Assembly (NCBI GenBank): GCA_039584755.1
Contig: JBDGXD010000002.1
Location: 2,706-66,705, forward strand
From: Gemmatimonadota bacterium
GTDB lineage: Bacteria; Gemmatimonadota; Gemmatimonadetes; Gemmatimonadales; GWC2-71-9
Length of the DNA stretch: 64,000 bases
Direction: 5' to 3'
The notes below the pieces were generated by a model. It saw nothing but the letters and a program-made list of their open reading frames with translations. It ran no database searches and was not told the origin of the DNA. Position 1 is the first letter of the stretch; each line of letters starts with the position of its first letter. This document shows, piece by piece, positions 60,800 through 64,000 of this stretch. Made by a program: the position numbers and the translations under genes.

Positions 60800-61019
60800 G
60801 CTAAATCAGCCCCACTAATCACAGGATTTCAGGCCAGGCAGATCGGCCCGTCGCGCCCCAACTGGCACTTACCATGCCCGTACAGGAGCGTCCATGCACC
60901 TAAAACACCTATCATCGTGGCAGTGTGCCAGCCACTTAGGCGTTACGGACGCCCAAGTGTCTGTCAATATGGCAGCGAGTGTAGTAAGGCTCGAGCACAG
61001 CGTGAGGCAGCGTAGCGGA

Positions 61020-61265
61020 CTACGGAGCCCTTGGAGCTATGTTGAGCAGCGCTTTGAGTTCGGACTCGGTCAGCTGTTCGAGCAGCCCAGCCCGGGTGGT
61101 GACCTCGCGGGCAGGTTCAGAGTTGTCCGACTCACAGCTGAAGCGAATTATGTCGGCTGGCTCAGGGAACGAGCTCTTAGTCTTCTTTGTCGCGATCATG
61201 CCAGACGTCCGACCTACTCGTTCGGCGGCCCAGCGTCGACCAGCATCATCTGTCAACCAGCGCAT
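61020..61265 (-). CDS. Hypothetical small protein (81 aa)
   Basis: It reads more protein-like than the two overlapping plus-strand ORFs. No motif was recognised, so support is weak. Confidence 0.35.
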   Translation of the reverse strand: MRWLTDDAGRRWAAERVGRTSGMIATKKTKSSFPEPADIIRFSCESDNSEPAREVTTRAGLLEQLTESELKALLNIAPRAP

Positions 61266-61350
61266 GCGTCCCCACTAGTGGCAGTTCCCTGGCAGGTTGC
61301 CAATTGGTAAATATCAAGGTTAATCTACGCTCGGTTGGTAACATACGCCA

Positions 61351-63240
61351 ATGGACGAAGCACAACTCGGACCGCTCGCGGCGCGCCTAGCCGACACGCT
61401 CACCGGATCCTATGTCATTGAGGGCGAGATAGGACGGGGTGGCATGGGTGTGGTCTATAGCGCCCGTGATCTGAAGCTAAAGCGGCGAGTAGCCATTAAG
61501 CTGCTCCCCCCCGAACTGGCGTTCCGGAGGGAAATCAAGCGACGATTCATCCGTGAGGCCCAAATGGCCGCTCGGCTATCCCATCCCCACATCGTCCCGA
61601 TACACGCGGTCGGTGATGAGAATGAGCTCGTCTACTTCGTCATGGGCTATGTGGACGGCGAGTCGCTGGCCCAACGTCTCCGAAGACGTGGCCGTCTGCC
61701 TGTTGAAGAATCCCGGCGAATCATGAAGGAAACCGCTGACGCTCTTGGTCTGGCACACGCCACCGGGATAGTCCACCGTGACGTGAAACCGGACAACATC
61801 CTCCTGGAAGGAACGCGCCGGCGCGTCATGGTGACGGATTTTGGGATAGCGAAGGCGTTGTCAGAGGCCGGAGCAGGTACGCTCACGGGTACGGGAGTAG
61901 CGCTGGGCACACCGACTTACATGAGCCCGGAGCAAGCGGCGGGCGAGAGTGATATCGACGCTCGCAGTGATCTCTACTCTTTGGGAGTGGTCGCGTTCGA
62001 GATGCTCTCTGGCAAGCCGCCGTTCAAAGCCCCAACGGTGCCAGGCGTGTTGATGAAGCAGATCACGGAACTACCGCCCGATCTGATTCGGCTGCGATCG
62101 GAAGTGCCGGAGGAATTCGCCGCCACGGTCATGAGGTGCCTGGAAAAAGACCCTGAGACTCGGTGGCCGACGGCCGATTCACTGCGGCGAGCCTTGGAGA
62201 GCCGTTCCTCCGTCCCTTACCGACCCCGGTCATCTGTGCCACGGCGATCGAGCGGTTCCCGTGCGACACCGGCCCTTAGATCGAGCCGCGAGCCCCACGA
62301 TTGGGGTGATTGGTGGGATGAGCGCCAACGTCACGGCGACCGACCACGACCGCGCCATCTAGCTAGGCAGCAGCAACGCGATCGCAAGCAGGTCAAGAAG
62401 GCTGATGAATCCGGTTCCGAGACCGGCATGATACGCAAGTTCCGCGCGAACTTCGCCTCCTATGTCTCGGTAAACGGGGGGCTATTGCTCCTCAACGTGG
62501 TGACCACGGGCCTCGACAGCCCCTGGTTTCTAGTGGTGGCCTCTGCCTGGGGAATTGGACTGGCATCTCAGTACGGCAAGCTGTGGGCAGAAGGGTACAG
62601 CATGCGCGACGTACTCAATCCCCCACCCGCAAAGGACTCGCTCGCCCGCGCCAAGACGGCTGGGCCGTCGAGGGCACTACCTGCATCTGTTGCAGAGCCG
62701 TCGAGTGGAGAGTATGGCAAGTATGCGCCACCGATGGAGCAGATGCGTAAAGACCGCACCGCGATCGTCCAGGTTGTCGAGAAACTGCCCGAAGCGGATC
62801 GCCAAATGTTGCCGGATGTGGTCCGGACCGTGGACCAATTAATGGAGCGTGCCGCCGACCTGGCCCGGACCCTGAATCACATGGAAGGTGACGTTGATTC
62901 CGACTCATTGAATGAGCTGGAGACCCGCATCAAGGAGCTCCAGGATGGGACGGACGGCGGTGAGGATGACAGGCGCATCGGCCTGTTGCAACGGCAGCGC
63001 GATTCACTCGCGGAGTTGTTGAACCGTCGTGAGGCAGTTGAATCTCAATTCGAGTCCTGCGGGCTGGCCGTCCAGAACATGCGATTCGACCTGTTGCGAC
63101 TCCGCTCGGCGGGCGTGGCGGCGGTCATAAACGATCTCACCTCTGCCACTCAGCAGGCGCAGGCTCTGAGAATCGACGTTGAAGCAGCCATTGGAGCTGC
63201 CGGTGAGATAAGAGAGGCCTTGGGTCGCAATCTGGATTAG
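61351..63240 (+). CDS. Hanks-type Ser/Thr protein kinase with C-terminal 2-TM hairpin and coiled-coil domain
   Basis: GRGGMGVVY, VAIK, HRDVKPDN, DFG, SPEQ. These are followed by a basic linker, the hydrophobic pair YVSVNGGLLLLNVVTTGLDSPWFLVVASAWGIGLASQYGKLW, and a long helical C-terminus. Confidence 0.9.
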   Translation: MDEAQLGPLAARLADTLTGSYVIEGEIGRGGMGVVYSARDLKLKRRVAIKLLPPELAFRREIKRRFIREAQMAARLSHPHIVPIHAVGDENELVYFVMGYVDGESLAQRLRRRGRLPVEESRRIMKETADALGLAHATGIVHRDVKPDNILLEGTRRRVMVTDFGIAKALSEAGAGTLTGTGVALGTPTYMSPEQAAGESDIDARSDLYSLGVVAFEMLSGKPPFKAPTVPGVLMKQITELPPDLIRLRSEVPEEFAATVMRCLEKDPETRWPTADSLRRALESRSSVPYRPRSSVPRRSSGSRATPALRSSREPHDWGDWWDERQRHGDRPRPRHLARQQQRDRKQVKKADESGSETGMIRKFRANFASYVSVNGGLLLLNVVTTGLDSPWFLVVASAWGIGLASQYGKLWAEGYSMRDVLNPPPAKDSLARAKTAGPSRALPASVAEPSSGEYGKYAPPMEQMRKDRTAIVQVVEKLPEADRQMLPDVVRTVDQLMERAADLARTLNHMEGDVDSDSLNELETRIKELQDGTDGGEDDRRIGLLQRQRDSLAELLNRREAVESQFESCGLAVQNMRFDLLRLRSAGVAAVINDLTSATQQAQALRIDVEAAIGAAGEIREALGRNLD

Positions 63241-63284
63241 CCACCACCAAGACCCTCCAGTCGATGGCCCGCTCGCATCACAGG

Positions 63285-64000
63285 CTAGAAGCGGTGCAAC
63301 TCTTCGATAGCACCCACCAAGTCGCCCACCTGCGGTAGAATCACATCTTCCAGTTCGGGACTGTAGGCGACAAACGTATCCGCTGCCGCAACCCGCCGCA
63401 CCGGCGCGTCGAGCCATTCGAAATACTCGTCGGCCAGCCTTGCTGCCAACTCAGCACCATATCCCCACGACCGGGAATCCTCATATGCGACTACGACCTT
63501 GTTGGTCTTCTTCACCGACTCGCCGATCGTATGCCAATCCACCGGGCTGAGCGATCGCAGGTCGATGACTTCTGCGCTGATTCCCCGCTCTTCCTCCAGT
63601 TGCCTAGCAGCTTGCACGGACCGCTGGACAACGGCACCGTATGTCAGTACTGTCACATCAGCACCTTGACGAGCAACCCTTGCTCGGCCAAACGGGATCA
63701 TGAACTCCGGGCCGGGATTCACTCCCTTGTTGTAGGTCTGCCGGTACAGGTGCTTGTGTTCCAAGAAGATCACGGGGTCATCACAGCGGATTGCGGTTCG
63801 CAGCATTCCATTGGCGTCTAGGGCCGTTGCCGGACATACCACCCTCAACCCCGGAATCCCCGTGTACACTGCAGCACCTGTTTGTGAGTGGTAGATAGAA
63901 CCGCCTTTCAGATAACCACCGTAGGTAACCCTGATCACCACGGGAGCTTTGAAAGCACCATTACTCCGCCAACGCATTAGCGCCAGTTCGTTGCGAATCT
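63285..64000 (-). CDS. 2-oxoacid dehydrogenase E1 component beta subunit (5' end beyond the window)
   Basis: The frame is open to the window edge (... [39 protein letters not shown] ...). The transketolase pyrimidine-binding and C-terminal domain pattern matches E1-beta. Confidence 0.85.
   Translation of the reverse strand, partial: IRNELALMRWRSNGAFKAPVVIRVTYGGYLKGGSIYHSQTGAAVYTGIPGLRVVCPATALDANGMLRTAIRCDDPVIFLEHKHLYRQTYNKGVNPGPEFMIPFGRARVARQGADVTVLTYGAVVQRSVQAARQLEEERGISAEVIDLRSLSPVDWHTIGESVKKTNKVVVAYEDSRSWGYGAELAARLADEYFEWLDAPVRRVAAADTFVAYSPELEDVILPQVGDLVGAIEELHRF

Noticed and set aside
60134-60804. Two plus-strand ORFs of about 210 aa, antisense to lon. Also 37900-38607, antisense to ispH, and 57294-57887, antisense to the TrmB/TetR genes.
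   Set aside because: They overlap genes with unambiguous family motifs and have arginine/proline-rich nonsense-like translations.
60800-61019. The lon upstream region, searched for a CIRCE (TTAGCACTC-N9-GAGTGCTAA) or a clear sigma32 promoter. The TGGCAGTGTGCCA palindrome at 60918-60930 and a TTGACA at 60962-60967 (minus strand) were noted.
   Set aside because: No CIRCE is present. The TTGACA has only a weak -10 partner (TAACGC). The palindrome is short and has no known counterpart, so it was not reported as a feature.
1-64000. Window-wide look for tRNA/rRNA genes, transposases, integrases, att-like direct repeats and sharp compositional islands.
   Set aside because: None was recognised by eye. 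The MTase/helicase region does not look compositionally distinct from its neighbours, so horizontal acquisition cannot be asserted from this window alone. GC and codon statistics would need to be computed.

Overview
This is a GC-rich bacterial chromosomal segment (by eye, high-50s to about 60% GC). It is densely coding, with about 55 protein genes, many in tight or overlapping operons. I recognised no rRNA, tRNA, CRISPR array, transposase or integrase. Most of the content is housekeeping or metabolic: MlaFE-like ABC transporter, patatin plus thioesterase, NadE, nucleoside hydrolase, acyl-CoA dehydrogenase, three DAACS-family symporters, S9 peptidase, IspH, phosphofructokinase, an aconitase-family enzyme, Lon, two Hanks-type Ser/Thr kinases, an MCP, an OmpA/TSP3 protein, and several TetR/TrmB/DtxR regulators. 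The gene content suggests an environmental Gram-negative lineage (Gemmatimonadota-like is only a guess).

Four things deserve a second look:
1. An unannotated SelW/Rdx-family selenoprotein gene at 47958-48176 (minus strand). It has an in-frame UGA in a CxxU motif and a SECIS-like hairpin, and it is invisible to the ORF track.
2. A translationally coupled cassette at 31.3-37.5 kb: radical-SAM (SplB/COG1533-like), imuB, a 105-aa W-rich protein, then dnaE2. It lacks any imuA or lexA. It is preceded by a striking symmetric TTCGG-N6-TTCGG-N8-CCGAA-N6-CCGAA element centred on a TATAAT box.
3. An overlapping gene pair at 23.8-29.2 kb: a PglX/Eco57I-like N6-adenine methyltransferase and an SNF2 helicase. 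No recognisable nuclease, PglZ or DrmABC partners are present. This could be a minimal or novel DISARM/BREX-like module.
4. A DEAH-box helicase split into two ORFs, with the motif VI region missing.

All calls come from reading the sequence and from remembered family motifs. No database search was run.
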